NCBI GenBank assembly: GCA_964487135.1
Contig: CAZAOU010000003.1
Location: 1-60,547 of the forward strand
From: an uncultured Candidatus Saccharibacteria bacterium
GTDB taxonomy: Bacteria; Patescibacteriota; Minisyncoccia; Phycocordibacterales; CAIRYW01
Length of the DNA stretch: 60,547 bases
Reading direction: 5' to 3'
A model generated the notes under the pieces. The model was not told the DNA's origin, made no database searches, and saw nothing but the letters and a program-made list of their open reading frames with translations. A program made the translations under genes and the position numbers. Numbering within the stretch: the first letter of the stretch is position 1; each line of letters starts with the position of its first letter. Shown here one piece after another: positions 10,323 to 20,651 of this stretch.

Positions 10323-11359
10323 AAAGAGAGGATATTAAATTTCTTGATGACACTATAGAAAATCGTGAACATACCGCTGGGGAGGTTATGGAATTTCTTG
10401 AAAGAACCGGCATCATGGAAATGTTTGCATCAACCGAAAACAAAGAGAAATTTATTGAAAATCTTACACCTGAAAAAGCAGAAGAATTTCTTGAAAGATT
10501 GAACGGCATCATCATAGGCGCTCCTATTAATCAAAGAGAAATTTACACGTATAGAAGCACTATTGGAAATAAACACGAAAAATATCCTGTGTATGTTTCT
10601 CCGGACGCTCAAACTCAAAAACAGATTATGAGAAGAATTATTATCCCTAGTCTCAAAAGAATTGCTCCTGAAAATCTTGATGCGGCGGCGGGGTTCGCAG
10701 CTGTTTCTATAAATCTTTTGCATGCTTTTCCTGATGGAAATGGAAGGTTGGCGCGATTAGTTTATCTTCTTCTTCATCCTGATGAAAAAATTACTTCAAC
10801 AGAAGAAGGTAAAAAAATTATTGAGGACTATCTGGGTCCACGCCAAGGTGTCTATAATTTTGATCCATCGCTTATTCAGGACCAAATAAATTCTATTGTT
10901 GTAACATCAATAATAGAGGGTGTATCACAAGAAAATGAAGTTGTAGAAATTGAGATTAAGGAAGACGGTGTTTTGTCAGATCAATCGGATTTTAAACAAC
11001 GAGGTGAGCTCGTGAATATATATAAAAGAGATAAAGGAGATTTTGTTTACGGAATTATAAAATTTTATCTCTCAGAAAATAAAGAGCTTACAAAAACACA
11101 AGACGGCAAGGTTTCGATCGATGTGAAGGAAGTTTTTGATAATTTGCATTCCCCGGATCAGATGAATAGACTGTATATGTGTTATCAATTAGTAAAAGCT
11201 CTTCGTTTTAAAGCTTTCGCTAAACTTTTTGAAAATCCACAACAGTTTGAAAGTCCTGTGCCTGATTTTAATCTCAAGGAATATTTTGAGGGAAAAATTA
11301 TCAATAGGGCAACAGGACATGGTCAACTTGGAGAAGATGACATGAATGTGTCGGGTTAA
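10319..11359 (+). CDS. Fic-domain protein
   Basis: HAFPDGNGRLAR matches the Fic motif HxFx(D/E)GNGRxxR. Confidence 0.85.
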   Translation: MKREDIKFLDDTIENREHTAGEVMEFLERTGIMEMFASTENKEKFIENLTPEKAEEFLERLNGIIIGAPINQREIYTYRSTIGNKHEKYPVYVSPDAQTQKQIMRRIIIPSLKRIAPENLDAAAGFAAVSINLLHAFPDGNGRLARLVYLLLHPDEKITSTEEGKKIIEDYLGPRQGVYNFDPSLIQDQINSIVVTSIIEGVSQENEVVEIEIKEDGVLSDQSDFKQRGELVNIYKRDKGDFVYGIIKFYLSENKELTKTQDGKVSIDVKEVFDNLHSPDQMNRLYMCYQLVKALRFKAFAKLFENPQQFESPVPDFNLKEYFEGKIINRATGHGQLGEDDMNVSG

Positions 11360-11378
11360 TAGCTTATAATTCTTAATA

Positions 11379-12032
11379 ATGAAAATTACTAAATTTGGTC
11401 ATTGTTGTATGTTGGTAGAAGAAAAAGGCAGTGGAGATACATTGCGAGTTTTAACTGACCCCGGAAGTTACACTGAAACTCAAAATGAGATTACAAATAT
11501 TGATGTGGTTTTGATTACTCACGAGCATGGAGATCATTTGCATATTGATTCGGTAAAAAAGATTTTAGAAAAAAATAAACCTTTAATAATTACAAATAGT
11601 TCTGTCGATGCGATTCTAAAAAAAGAGGGAATAAATGGAGCGCGAATTGTTGAAGATGGAGAAAGTTTTGAGTATAAAGGCTTACAATTTAAAGCTTTTG
11701 GAAAACTTCATGAAGTAATTCATAAAGAGTGGTCTATTGTTCAAAACACAGGGTATTCTATTGGAGAGCGATTATTTTATCCGGGAGATGCTTTTACAAA
11801 TCCTAAAATTCCGGTTGATATTCTCGCTCTTCCTGTTTCGGGGCCATGGGTAAAGATAAGTGATGCAATAGATTGTTGTATTGCAATTAATCCGAAAATT
11901 GCTTTTCCTGTTCATGATGGAGGATTAAATGAAAATGGTTTAGGATTTAATAGGAGAGTTGCTCCACAGATATTAGAAAAACACGGAATTAAATTTCAGG
12001 TGTTAGAAATTGGCAAAGAAACTGAACTATAA
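11379..12032 (+). CDS. MBL-fold metallo-hydrolase
   Basis: ITKFGHCC, LTDPG, ITHEHGDH, FYPGD, PVHD. Confidence 0.88.
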   Translation: MKITKFGHCCMLVEEKGSGDTLRVLTDPGSYTETQNEITNIDVVLITHEHGDHLHIDSVKKILEKNKPLIITNSSVDAILKKEGINGARIVEDGESFEYKGLQFKAFGKLHEVIHKEWSIVQNTGYSIGERLFYPGDAFTNPKIPVDILALPVSGPWVKISDAIDCCIAINPKIAFPVHDGGLNENGLGFNRRVAPQILEKHGIKFQVLEIGKETEL

Positions 12033-12034
12033 AA

Positions 12035-12859
12035 ATGTCAGAAACAAAAGGAAAAATTGGTGTTTTTGATTCTGGTTTTGGTGGACTTTCAATACTGAAA
12101 GACATTGTGGGTGTTTTGCCTCAGTACGATTATGTTTATCTTGGAGATACTGCCAGAACCCCATATGGATCAAGAAGTCAAGAGGTTATTTTAGAATTTA
12201 CAAAGCAAGGAGTTGATTTTTTGTTTGAGCATGGTGCTGAAATCATTATACTTGCCTGTAATACGGCTTCAAGCGAAGCTTTGCGAAAAATTCAACAAGA
12301 ATATTTACCAGAAAAATATCCTGATAAGAAAGTTTTGGGTGTAATTATTCCCACAGCAGAAGAAGCCGTATTAGAAACAAAAAATAAAAAAATCGGTATT
12401 TTGGCAACAGAGGCAACCGTCCGTTCGTGTGCGTTTGAAAGAGAAATAAAAAAAATTAACGGGCAAATTGAAGTCTTTCAAATTCCAGCTCCACTTTTAG
12501 TTCCCATAGTTGAAGCTGGAAATATTCAAACCGAGGCCACTTATCTTATTGTTAGAGATTATGTAAAAAATATTTTGGCTCACGATGTTGATACTATAAT
12601 TTTAGGATGCACACATTATGGAATTTTAGAATCTGTAATTAAAAAATACTCTGGTGAAGCAAAGATAATTTCTGAAGCACCTATAATTGCTAAAAAATTA
12701 AAAGAATACTTACTACGACATTCGGAGATTGAAGGTAAGTTGGTTAAAAATAATGTTGTGAAATTTTTTACCACAGATACAAAGGAAAAATTTGATACTC
12801 TAGGCTCAAGATTTTTTGGTAAAGATATTTTTTCTAATGTGGTAAATATAACCAGCTAG
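12035..12859 (+). CDS. murI: Glutamate racemase
   Basis: IGVFDSGFGGLSI, GDTARTPYG, LACNTAS, ILGCTHY. Confidence 0.97.
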   Translation: MSETKGKIGVFDSGFGGLSILKDIVGVLPQYDYVYLGDTARTPYGSRSQEVILEFTKQGVDFLFEHGAEIIILACNTASSEALRKIQQEYLPEKYPDKKVLGVIIPTAEEAVLETKNKKIGILATEATVRSCAFEREIKKINGQIEVFQIPAPLLVPIVEAGNIQTEATYLIVRDYVKNILAHDVDTIILGCTHYGILESVIKKYSGEAKIISEAPIIAKKLKEYLLRHSEIEGKLVKNNVVKFFTTDTKEKFDTLGSRFFGKDIFSNVVNITS

Positions 12860-12914
12860 AGCCGTTTTTTAGCGGTGTATACTATTTTAGTTTTTTGTGA
12901 TATAATATGGGGCA

Positions 12915-13287
12915 GTGCTGAGCAATCGCTATCCGCCAAGGCGGATAGAGGAAAGTCCGAACACATCCTTCTGCTTTTGCGGATTGAAAACGGTAGCGGG
13001 TAATTCCCGTCAAAAGCGAGTTATCGCTTTAGAGGTGCGAGCAGTGACGCTTTGAATTGAAAAGTTCAAAGCACCCATAATAGCGTAAGTTGTTAGGGTG
13101 AATTCTTTTGTAAGAAAGAAGTGAAACGGCTAAACCCTTACTTGTGTGCAAGGTCGTGTTCAATAATTTATCCCATGGCTAAATTATTGAGAGAACCGCT
13201 TGAGCCTAGTGGTAACATTAGGCCTAGATAAATGGTTGCTATCCGTAAATTATCTATTTTCGGATACAGAATTCGGCTTATAGGCAC
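12915..13287 (+). ncRNA. rnpB: RNase P RNA
   Basis: GAGGAAAGTCC (CR-I) near the 5' end, ACAGAATTCGGCTTAT (CR-V) near the 3' end, TGAAACGG.TAAACCC, GTGC/GCAC closing helix; ends approximate. Confidence 0.93.
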
Positions 13288-13291
13288 AAAT

Positions 13292-13319
13292 AAAAATCCC
13301 CTCGCAAGAGGGGATTTTT
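13292..13319 (+). terminator. Intrinsic terminator after rnpB
   Basis: aaaaatcccctc-gcaa-gaggggattttt. Confidence 0.85.
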
Positions 13320-13353
13320 TATTAAATGTATTTAATGTATAATTTAGTAACAA

Positions 13354-15702
13354 ATGAATTTGAAATCTATTTTTAAGGGCTACACTTTTGATAAGTATGC
13401 ATTCTATGTGGTTTGTGCAACGGTTTTTTTGGTTCCGATTATATTTGTTCCATCAGCATGGATGTCTGTAACAGCTTCTAAGTCACTTATTATTACTCTT
13501 GGTTCTGGTGTTGCATTCATATTAATTCTGATCGAAAGAATAAAAAGTAGAACAAGTATATTTAGTTTTAAATTACCTGTGTTTTTACTTACATTTCTGT
13601 TTATTTCTTACGCTCTATCATCTTTTTTTTCTATTACCCCTAAAACTTCTTTTTTTGGTACCGGATTTGATAGCGATACAGCCACTTTTATACTTTCTGT
13701 TTGTTTATTTTCATCCCTATTTTTTACATCAGTTTTAAAAAGTAAAAAAAATATTCAGACTATTTTAATCTATTTATTTTCGTCCCTGTTTTTATTGTTT
13801 TTGTATGAATTTATAAGGGTTTTTGTTCGTTTACCATTTCTATCTTTTGATTCTTTGGGTGGAATTGTGTCTATGGCCGGCAATATAAGTGAGATGGGAA
13901 TAATCGGTGCTATTTTTGCGGTAGTGTTATTTTTTGCCCTAGATGTTCTTCATTTTAATTGGTGGCAAAAAGTTCTTGTTTTCATAGTGGGGGTAGCGTC
14001 GGTATCTTTTGTGACCCTTACCAACTTGTTTTTTAATATTTTTTTATTTTCTTTTTCTATACACTGGTTAACAGCTATATTTTCTGGATTATTTGTATGG
14101 TTTTATTACAAATTTTCTTATAAAGGTGATTATTTCTTATCAAAGCCAAAAACACCTTTTTTCTCTATAGGACTAGTTTTGGTGTCAATCACTTTTGTAT
14201 TTTTTGGAAGTATGTTTTCACAACAATTATCCATGTATACAAAAGTTGTGTTTTTAGAAGTAAGACCGTCTTGGTTTGGAACAATTGCCGTTATAAATAA
14301 TAGTTTAAAAGATAATTTGGTGCTTGGTAGTGGTCCCGGTACATTTGAATTAGGGTGGAACAAACAAAAGATTAAAGAGTTTAATGAAACGCCGTTTTGG
14401 AATGCTGATTTTGGTGTTGGTGTTTCAACGATTGCCACAGCAGTTGGAAGTGTTGGTTTGTTGGGGCTGTCCGCGTGGCTAGCTATTATTACCTTGGCAA
14501 TATACTTAAGCATAAGATTAATCAGAATTGCGTTAATTGAAAATCAATCTAGAAATACTGATTCACTAATTTTATTTGTTAAAGGTGTTGTTTTGCTTTA
14601 TTCATCGGTAGTATTTTTACTTTATACACCCGGAGTCCTCTACATATTTCTTTTCTTTATCCTAATATCTTCTAGTTATCTATACAGTAGTAATCAAAAT
14701 ACTGGTGATGATGAATCCATTTCCAATTTTAAAAATATTTTTAATACTTCTGTGTGTTTGGTGCTTATTGCCTCAATATTGTTTTGGCAATTTTTTATAA
14801 TAAAAAAGGCGTCCGCATCAGTTTTCGTAGAAAAAGCTTTGAGAGCAGAAACATCGAATGAATCTATACAATATCTAAATAAAGCTCTTAGTTTGGATAA
14901 ACAATCAGAGTATTACATCATGCTTGCTCAGATTTCTTTGTTAGAGCTACAAAATATTGTTTCAAAATATGCAGATAACCCTAATATTTCTTCAGAAGAT
15001 AAAACAAAGATTACAAATATAATTACTGATATCGTTAAATCTGCGTCTTCTGCAGAAGAAATAGGTGGGGCAAATTACCGAACATTTCTGTCTGTCGGTT
15101 CAATATACGAGTCCTTGGCTTTTTATGGTTTACCAAATGTATACGATTCCGCTCTAGCAAAGTATAAAAAAGCTTCCACTTTATCAGAAACTCAGCCTTT
15201 ACCTTATTTATTATCTGCTCGAGTTGAAACATCGAGAGGGGATTATAATTCTGCAAAAAAATATATTCAAAAAGCATTAGATCTAAAACCTAATTATTCT
15301 GATGCTTTCATATTATTAAGTGATATAGCTGTAGCAGAAGGAAATCTAAAAGATGCAGAATTATATATGGAAAAAGCGCGTGATGTTTTTCCTGACTCAG
15401 CAGAAATTTATTTTGCTTTAGGAAAATTTAGATATAACGATAAAGATTATAAAAGTGCAACTAAACTTTTTAGTGAAAGTATTAAGCTCAATCCAAATTT
15501 AGTGGTTGCAAGAATGGCTCTTGCCTTATCTCTTTACTCAGCTGGTTTAAAAGATGAAGCAATAAGTGAAATGATGTCTGTCGCATCACAAAACCCATCC
15601 CAACAAGTAAATGTTTTTTTGGAGAAAATGAAAGACGGAACCTTGCTTAAAAGCGAGACTAAAATACCAGAATCTAAATCATCCGATAAGCCAAAAAAAT
15701 AG
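13354..15702 (+). CDS. Polytopic O-antigen-ligase-like membrane protein with C-terminal TPR repeats
   Basis: ~12 TM segments, GSGPGTF..W..F..G.S..T..G.LG (Wzy_C-like), TPR-type helices (KALDLKPNY, SIKLNPN). Confidence 0.7.
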   Translation: MNLKSIFKGYTFDKYAFYVVCATVFLVPIIFVPSAWMSVTASKSLIITLGSGVAFILILIERIKSRTSIFSFKLPVFLLTFLFISYALSSFFSITPKTSFFGTGFDSDTATFILSVCLFSSLFFTSVLKSKKNIQTILIYLFSSLFLLFLYEFIRVFVRLPFLSFDSLGGIVSMAGNISEMGIIGAIFAVVLFFALDVLHFNWWQKVLVFIVGVASVSFVTLTNLFFNIFLFSFSIHWLTAIFSGLFVWFYYKFSYKGDYFLSKPKTPFFSIGLVLVSITFVFFGSMFSQQLSMYTKVVFLEVRPSWFGTIAVINNSLKDNLVLGSGPGTFELGWNKQKIKEFNETPFWNADFGVGVSTIATAVGSVGLLGLSAWLAIITLAIYLSIRLIRIALIENQSRNTDSLILFVKGVVLLYSSVVFLLYTPGVLYIFLFFILISSSYLYSSNQNTGDDESISNFKNIFNTSVCLVLIASILFWQFFIIKKASASVFVEKALRAETSNESIQYLNKALSLDKQSEYYIMLAQISLLELQNIVSKYADNPNISSEDKTKITNIITDIVKSASSAEEIGGANYRTFLSVGSIYESLAFYGLPNVYDSALAKYKKASTLSETQPLPYLLSARVETSRGDYNSAKKYIQKALDLKPNYSDAFILLSDIAVAEGNLKDAELYMEKARDVFPDSAEIYFALGKFRYNDKDYKSATKLFSESIKLNPNLVVARMALALSLYSAGLKDEAISEMMSVASQNPSQQVNVFLEKMKDGTLLKSETKIPESKSSDKPKK

Positions 15703-15708
15703 GCATTT

Positions 15709-17391
15709 ATGGTAAAGCAGTTATGGAATATTATCGGTCGCGAAATCAGTGGTATACATAGTGCGGCATATCTTCTTGGTATTTTTGCTTTGCTATCACA
15801 ATTTTTAGGTCTTATAAGAGACAGAATGCTTGCTCATTATTTTGGTGCGGGGCAGGCGCTAGATATTTATTATGCAGCTTTTAGGATTCCTGATTTTATA
15901 TTTATTATGGGTGCGTCTTTGTTTTCGTTTTCGGTCTTAATCCCGTTTATAGAAGAAAAACGATCAGAGGGAAAAGAAGCTGTTAAATCTTTTATTGATG
16001 TTTGCTACACATCTTTTTTTATTTTTACCTCAGTCTTATGTTTAGGGGCATTTATATTGATGCCAGAACTTATCAAAACTTTGTTACCCGGATTTTCTGG
16101 TGAGGCTTTAGCAGAAGCTACATCACTATCAAGATTTCTTTTATTGTCACCAATATTTTTAGGTTTTTCAAATCTCATCGCTTCCATTACCCAAATGGAG
16201 AAAAGATTTTTATTGTATGCAATCACTCCGTTAATTTACAACGCGTGTACAATTTTTGGGATTTTGTTTTTAAAACCATCTCTTGGTCTTATGGGTATAG
16301 CGGGTGGTGTGGTGATAGGTGCAATTTTTCACGGACTAGTTCAAGTTCCGTTTGTAAAAAAAAGTGGTTTGCTACCAGATATAGTATTTCCATTTTCTTT
16401 TAAAGAAGTTTCAAGAGTAATAAAACATTCTTTGCCCAGAACGTTAGCTCTTTCGAGTGGTAATATTGCTCTAATTGCCTTAATTGCTTTGGCTTCCAAG
16501 ATGTCAGAAGGGTCAATTTCTGTTTTAACATTTGCAATGAACTTGCAATCAGTCCCACTTGCAATTATAGGTACCAGCTATTCTATGGCGGCTTTCCCAG
16601 TATTATCAAGTCTTTTTTCTTCAGGAAAGAACAAAGAATTTCAAAAATTAATTGCTACAACTCTGAGACATATAATTTTTTATGCCTTGCCAATAACAGC
16701 TCTGTTTATAACTCTCAGAGCTCAGGTTGTGAGAACTGTTTTAGGTTCTGGTGCATTTACGTGGAGTGATACAAGACTTACAGCCGCGTGTCTTGCAATA
16801 TTGTCTCTGTCGGTTGTTTTTCAATGCATAGCGTTACTTTTGGTCCGAGCTTATTACGCTTCTGGAAGGACAATTTTACCTTTTTATATAAGTTTAATTT
16901 CTTTGCCAATCACAATCGGTTTGCCGTATGTTTTTTATAAATTATTTATTATTTATCCAGAAATGTTGCAATTTTTGTCACGACTATTAAAGCTTGATGG
17001 GGTAAGTGGTTCAGAAATATTATCTATCCCAATTGGTTATACAATTGGAACTCTTGTTCAAGCACTAGCTTTTGTATATTTTGCTAGACAGGAATTTATA
17101 CCTATAAAAAAGGATATACTTAATACTACGTTTCAGAGTGCTATGGCATCAATTGTTGCAGGTGTTGTTTCTTATATAGGACTTAATATATTTAGTAATT
17201 TTTTCAATTTAGAAACATTGGTAGGTATATTTTTACAAGGTTTATGCGCGGGAATTTTAGGTGTTTTAGGAGCATCTATTGTTTTACTGGTCACAGGTAA
17301 TAATGAGTTAAAAGAAATTATTAAAGCTTTGAAGGTATCTATGTTCAAATCAAAACCCCTTCTTCCAGAACAGTCAGATCTTACTCCTTGA
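15709..17391 (+). CDS. murJ: Lipid II flippase MurJ (MviN)
   Basis: LSQFLGLIRDRMLAHYFGAG..LDIYYAAFRIPD, P.AIIG.S...AAFP.LS, RAYYA. Confidence 0.92.
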   Translation: MVKQLWNIIGREISGIHSAAYLLGIFALLSQFLGLIRDRMLAHYFGAGQALDIYYAAFRIPDFIFIMGASLFSFSVLIPFIEEKRSEGKEAVKSFIDVCYTSFFIFTSVLCLGAFILMPELIKTLLPGFSGEALAEATSLSRFLLLSPIFLGFSNLIASITQMEKRFLLYAITPLIYNACTIFGILFLKPSLGLMGIAGGVVIGAIFHGLVQVPFVKKSGLLPDIVFPFSFKEVSRVIKHSLPRTLALSSGNIALIALIALASKMSEGSISVLTFAMNLQSVPLAIIGTSYSMAAFPVLSSLFSSGKNKEFQKLIATTLRHIIFYALPITALFITLRAQVVRTVLGSGAFTWSDTRLTAACLAILSLSVVFQCIALLLVRAYYASGRTILPFYISLISLPITIGLPYVFYKLFIIYPEMLQFLSRLLKLDGVSGSEILSIPIGYTIGTLVQALAFVYFARQEFIPIKKDILNTTFQSAMASIVAGVVSYIGLNIFSNFFNLETLVGIFLQGLCAGILGVLGASIVLLVTGNNELKEIIKALKVSMFKSKPLLPEQSDLTP

Positions 17392-17424
17392 GTAAGGGGG
17401 GTCTTTAATGTATAGTCCTATCTC

Positions 17425-19221
17425 ATGGAAAGAAAAAATATAAGAAATTTTACTATCATAGCCCATATTGATCATGGCAAATCAACTCTGGCAGATAGAA
17501 TGCTTGAGATAACAAACACCGTTCCGTTGCGAAAGATGAAAGATCAAGTGTTGGATGATATGGAGTTGGAAAGAGAAAAGGGCATCACTATAAAAATGCG
17601 TCCCGTTAGAATGATTCATTCTTATAAAAATGAGTCTTTCCTTTTAAACTTAATTGATACTCCGGGACATATTGATTTTTCTTATGAAGTATCACGCGCT
17701 TTAAAAGCTGTTGAGGGTTCGGTTTTGCTTGTTGATGCAACTCAAGGCATACAAGCTCAAACAATTACTGTTCTCGAAATGGCGTTAAAAGCAGGTCTAG
17801 TTATTATTCCTGTGGTTACAAAAATTGATTCACCTATTGCCGATGTTCCAAAAGCAAAGCAAGAAATTTCAAAACTTTTAAATGTTTCTGCTGAGAGTGT
17901 TTTAGAAGTTTCAGGAAGAACAGGTGATGGTGTTTTAAATTTGATAAATAATATTATAGATATAATTCCGCCACCCTCAGCAACAGATAATAAAGGAGTT
18001 CAATCTTTGGTTTTTGATTTTCAATATTCTAATCATAAAGGTGTAATAGTTTTTGTTCGTATTGTAGAAGGCACTGTCAAGAAGGGTGACGAACTTATTT
18101 TTGTGGCATCCGGAGAAAAATTTCAGGCCTTAGAAGTTGGAGTTTTTGTACCAGAAGAAAAGTCTACAGATAGTCTTGTTGCCGGTCAGATTGGTTATAT
18201 TGTAACAGGTATAAAACAGCCGGGAGTAGCTTCTGTCGGTGATACAGTTACATCGTTAAAAAGACCGGAGCAGGCTTTAGAGGGGTATATGGATCCTCCG
18301 CCAGTAGTTTGGGCTTCTGTGTTTCCTCAAAATGCTGACGATTTTGAAACTTTAAAACAGGCACTTAAAAAACTTAGACTTTCAGATTCCGCCTTTTCTT
18401 TTGAGGAGGAATCATCAGGATCTTTAGGGAGAGGATTTAGGTGTGGTTTTTTAGGACTTCTTCATTTAGAGATAATAACCGAAAGATTAAAAAGAGAATT
18501 CCATTTGGAGCTTGTCATAGCAACTCCTAGCATTACATACGAAGTTTTATTCAAAAACGGGAAAAGAGAAACCATATACTCTCCATCTCTCTTTCCTGAA
18601 GATCATTTAATTCAAGAAATAAGTGAACCTTGGGTAAAGGTCACCATTATGTGTCCTGAAAAGTTTACTGGAAGTATTTACCAACTTCTTTACGATCATG
18701 AGGCAGAATTAGAAAATGCCGAGACTTTTGGTGATGGTAGAAATGCTCTCCACATAAGAATGCCACTTCGAGAATTGATGAGAAATTTTTTTGATGAATT
18801 AAAAAGTGTTTCGTCCGGTTTTGCATCTTTGTCTTATGAATTTGAGGGAATGAGGATTGCCGATGTTACAAAAATGGATATTTTAGTAGCCGATGAGATC
18901 GTGGAAGCTTTTAGTAAAGTTATTGCAAGACGAAGAATTGAAGAAGAATCTGAAAAAGCTGTAGAAAAACTTCACCATATTCTTCCAAGACAGTTGTTTG
19001 CCACAAAAATTCAGGCAAAAGTGGGTGGGCGAATCGTTTCTTCCAGATCCCTGTCAGCTCTCAGAAAAGATGTTACGGGTTATCTTTATGGTGGTGATAT
19101 AACAAGAAAAATGAAGCTTCTAGAGAAACAGAAAAAAGGAAAAAAGAAAATGAAAGCACAAGGAAAGGTAAACATTCCTCATGATGTTTTCCTAAAAATG
19201 ATGAAGCACGATAGCGAATAG
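17425..19221 (+). CDS. lepA: Elongation factor 4 (LepA)
   Basis: IRNFTIIAHIDHGKSTLADR, LNLIDTPGHIDF, GFRCGFLGLLH, KLLEKQKKGKKKMK. Confidence 0.98.
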   Translation: MERKNIRNFTIIAHIDHGKSTLADRMLEITNTVPLRKMKDQVLDDMELEREKGITIKMRPVRMIHSYKNESFLLNLIDTPGHIDFSYEVSRALKAVEGSVLLVDATQGIQAQTITVLEMALKAGLVIIPVVTKIDSPIADVPKAKQEISKLLNVSAESVLEVSGRTGDGVLNLINNIIDIIPPPSATDNKGVQSLVFDFQYSNHKGVIVFVRIVEGTVKKGDELIFVASGEKFQALEVGVFVPEEKSTDSLVAGQIGYIVTGIKQPGVASVGDTVTSLKRPEQALEGYMDPPPVVWASVFPQNADDFETLKQALKKLRLSDSAFSFEEESSGSLGRGFRCGFLGLLHLEIITERLKREFHLELVIATPSITYEVLFKNGKRETIYSPSLFPEDHLIQEISEPWVKVTIMCPEKFTGSIYQLLYDHEAELENAETFGDGRNALHIRMPLRELMRNFFDELKSVSSGFASLSYEFEGMRIADVTKMDILVADEIVEAFSKVIARRRIEEESEKAVEKLHHILPRQLFATKIQAKVGGRIVSSRSLSALRKDVTGYLYGGDITRKMKLLEKQKKGKKKMKAQGKVNIPHDVFLKMMKHDSE

Positions 19222-19395
19222 TTTTTTAGAATGATCCTATAAAGTATAGACCAACCATACTAACTATAACTAGGGCGCATATAACACCAAATACTATTTT
19301 TATTGCTTTTTGGGTTCTTTTTCCGTAAAGAAACATATAATTTAATGGTATAATGATGTTATCAGAATTGATTATATTGGCAAGTATATTGAAAG

Positions 19396-19773
19396 ATGAA
19401 ACAGTTTAGGGATAAAAAGAAAAGACGTGATATTTTGTACTCTTTTTGGAGTGTGTTTTTTTTAATATTATTGTTATTTCTTTTGCTTAAAGGTGTTGTA
19501 AATATATATATAAAGTCTCGAGAGAGTAGTTTATTAAAAAAGGAGGCAGAAATAAAATTGAGTGATCTAGAAAAAAGATATTCGGATTTAGAGTCGGATA
19601 TTGCTCATTTGTCTACCGAAGAAGGAATAGAAGAAGAGCTCCGCACTAAATTTGGTGTAGTTAAGCCGGGTGAAAAGGTAATTGTTGTCGTTAAAGATGA
19701 AGTTGTATCAACAACACCACCTAGCTTACCGGTCTATAAAAAAATAATTGATAAAATAAAAGGATTATTTTAG
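19396..19773 (+). CDS. Septum formation initiator FtsB/DivIC-like
   Basis: TM plus coiled coil, EEELRTKFGVVKPGEKVIVV. Confidence 0.75.
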   Translation: MKQFRDKKKRRDILYSFWSVFFLILLLFLLLKGVVNIYIKSRESSLLKKEAEIKLSDLEKRYSDLESDIAHLSTEEGIEEELRTKFGVVKPGEKVIVVVKDEVVSTTPPSLPVYKKIIDKIKGLF

Positions 19774-19842
19774 CAATAGTCGTTAATTAAAGTTTATTGA
19801 TATAATACTTTTGATTGTAATTATAAATATAAGATAAAAAAC

Positions 19843-20076
19843 ATGGCAAACGTAACTATATACAGCACGCCTTCATGCACATATTGCAAAATGGCCAAAG
19901 AATTTTTTACAGATAACAATGTTTCTTTTGAGGAATACAATGTTGCGTCAGATTTAGAAAAAAGAAAGGAGATGGTTGAAAAAAGCGGTCAGATGGGGGT
20001 GCCCGTAATTGATATTAAGGGTACTGTTATTGTTGGTTTTGATCAGGATAAAATCAAGTCTGCTTTAGGAATTTGA
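19843..20076 (+). CDS. Glutaredoxin-like protein (NrdH type)
   Basis: IYSTPSCTYC, SGQMGVPVIDI, VGFD. Confidence 0.92.
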   Translation: MANVTIYSTPSCTYCKMAKEFFTDNNVSFEEYNVASDLEKRKEMVEKSGQMGVPVIDIKGTVIVGFDQDKIKSALGI

Positions 20077-20080
20077 TTTA

Positions 20081-20114
20081 AAAGCCCCGTCGGCCTAGGC
20101 CGACATGGGGCTTT
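20081..20114 (+). terminator. Hairpin terminator containing a GGCCTAGGCC palindrome
   Basis: aaagcccc-gtcggcctaggccgac-at-ggggcttt. Confidence 0.7.
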
Positions 20115-20149
20115 TTATTTTGATGTCTTTTGGTATAGTTCCATCTACT

Positions 20150-20221
20150 GCCGCCGTAGTTTAATGGATAGAACGAAGGTTTCCTAAACCCTTGATCCAG
20201 GTTCGATTCCTGGCGGTGGCA
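20150..20221 (+). tRNA. tRNA-Arg(CCT)
   Basis: GCCGCCG/CGGTGGC acceptor, ttCCTaa loop, GGTTCGATTCC. Confidence 0.93.
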
Positions 20222-20228
20222 TAAAATT

Positions 20229-20630
20229 GTGGTACCATTGAATGACGTGAACAAAGCTTCAACTCCAATAAAAATTGTCTCAATTATTCTTATTCTTCCA
20301 GGATTTTTTTTGATTCCTGGTATGTTTGACACAATAAAACATGGTGAGTTACTGGATTTTTTTCGCATTGTTTCTATGGTTTTTACAAACTTTTTAATCG
20401 CTTGGGGGGTGTGGAATTTAAAAAAATGGGCTGTTCCAGTAGGTCTACTTTCACAAGTTGCTGTTCTGGCTAATTTTGCTGGTAGTTTCAATGTTCTCGC
20501 TTTAGTATCAAAACCTCTACCTCTAGTTTTTGTATATATTTTGGGAGTATCTGCAATATTGTTTGTTTTAGTTCCAATTTTGATTACAGTTAGTGTACTT
20601 ATTTGGAAACGTAAGGAATTTATATATTAA
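20229..20630 (+). CDS. Hypothetical membrane protein (4 TM)
   Basis: Hydrophobic 133-aa ORF. Confidence 0.6.
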   Translation: MVPLNDVNKASTPIKIVSIILILPGFFLIPGMFDTIKHGELLDFFRIVSMVFTNFLIAWGVWNLKKWAVPVGLLSQVAVLANFAGSFNVLALVSKPLPLVFVYILGVSAILFVLVPILITVSVLIWKRKEFIY

Positions 20631-20651
20631 TTTCTGCCGAGGGCAAAATTT

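Noticed and set aside
13168-13353. 61-aa minus-strand ORF
   Set aside because: It lies antisense to rnpB and its terminator.
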